64,000 nucleotides of DNA from Octopus sinensis. Its lineage: Eukaryota. Below are positions 63,308-64,000 of this stretch, piece after piece; positions within the stretch are counted from its first letter, which is position 1; the number at the start of each line of letters is the position of its first letter. The notes under the pieces are model-generated. The model made no database searches. It was given only the letters and a program-made list of their open reading frames with translations, and was not told the origin of the DNA. Both the position numbers and the translations under genes were made by a program. The DNA is taken from assembly GCF_006345805.1 (NCBI RefSeq), contig NC_043022.1, positions 2,728,001-2,792,000 of the forward strand, written 5' to 3'.

Positions 63308-64000
63308 AAAGGGACTTTCCCTGGAAGAAATCCTGCAGCCTAAAAGCATTTAACAACACCTACATGAAGTGTACACACACACGCACACACACACACTTCC
63401 TCTCACTCAGTTGAGAGGTCCTTGTATTGCAGGCTCATGTGTATTAGTGCCAAATGAGAAGCACCCATGCACATGGGTGCTTTTCATGTGTCACATGAAA
63501 AGCACCCATACCAATGCCACATGAAAAGCATCTCATGCTTGCTGATGCCACATATAAAGTGTCAGTGCCACATGTATGGCATCCATGCCAGTGCCACGTA
63601 TAAAGCACCCAGTTGTAAAACCCTTGCGAGCATGGATAACGGGCATTAAATGATGTGTGTGTGTGAGAGTGTATGCATGTATGCACTCACATGTAGTAAA
63701 AAAAAAAAACCGATAAGAGTACAGTGAAGTTGCCAAGGTATTGGAAAATCCAGTGTTTTGGTATTTATAACTTTCCTCCTCTGGGGAAAAGTAAAATTGG
63801 CAGGAAAATTATTATTGGTGAAATTATTGAGACACACAAGTTTTACATCCTCTAGGTTTGTGTGTGTGTGTGTACTAAGTAGGACTACTCGAGGAAAAAG
63901 AACTCAATACATTTATACTCTTTTATTTGTTTCAGTCATTTGACTGCAGCCATGCTGGAGCACCGCCTTTTTTAATCAAGCAACTCAACCCCGGGACTTA

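Noticed and set aside
61203-64000. FYVE or coiled-coil exons of MTMR3/4
   Set aside because: No WxxD, R(R/K)HHCR or Cys-pair pattern with splice sites was found; presumably beyond the window.

Overview
Repeat-dense animal genomic DNA, most likely an octopus (inferred from the tRNA-derived SINE families and the heavy microsatellite load). It holds one supportable protein-coding gene on the + strand: a myotubularin-related phosphoinositide phosphatase of the MTMR3/MTMR4 subfamily. Eleven coding exons from 32189 to 61202 join in frame through GT-AG introns (915 codons, or 933 with an alternative donor). They cover the PH-GRAM domain, the phosphatase domain with an intact HCSDGWDRT motif, and a long Ser-rich linker. 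I could not locate the start exon, and the expected coiled-coil/FYVE exons do not appear before the window ends. The rest is SINEs, RTE- and CR1-type LINE 3' ends, a mariner relic, MITEs with clear TSDs (hAT, piggyBac-like, Kolobok-like), Helentron-like elements, a 5S rRNA pseudogene, minisatellites and a ~6.9 kb ACC-based tandem repeat that explains the very long ORFs. Best leads: (1) a complete type I hammerhead ribozyme fold on the minus strand at 3135-3185, inside a perfect 62-bp-arm palindrome; (2) local duplications that copied real splice sites of the MTMR gene, giving a triplicated acceptor and a duplicated donor with a recursive-splice-like AG|GT junction; (3) in-frame alternative donors in the phosphatase insert; (4) a ~1 kb intronic inverted duplication; (5) an RTE copy inserted at the 3' end of a 5S relic with a 5' fold-back. 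All coordinates were counted by eye and no database searches were run.
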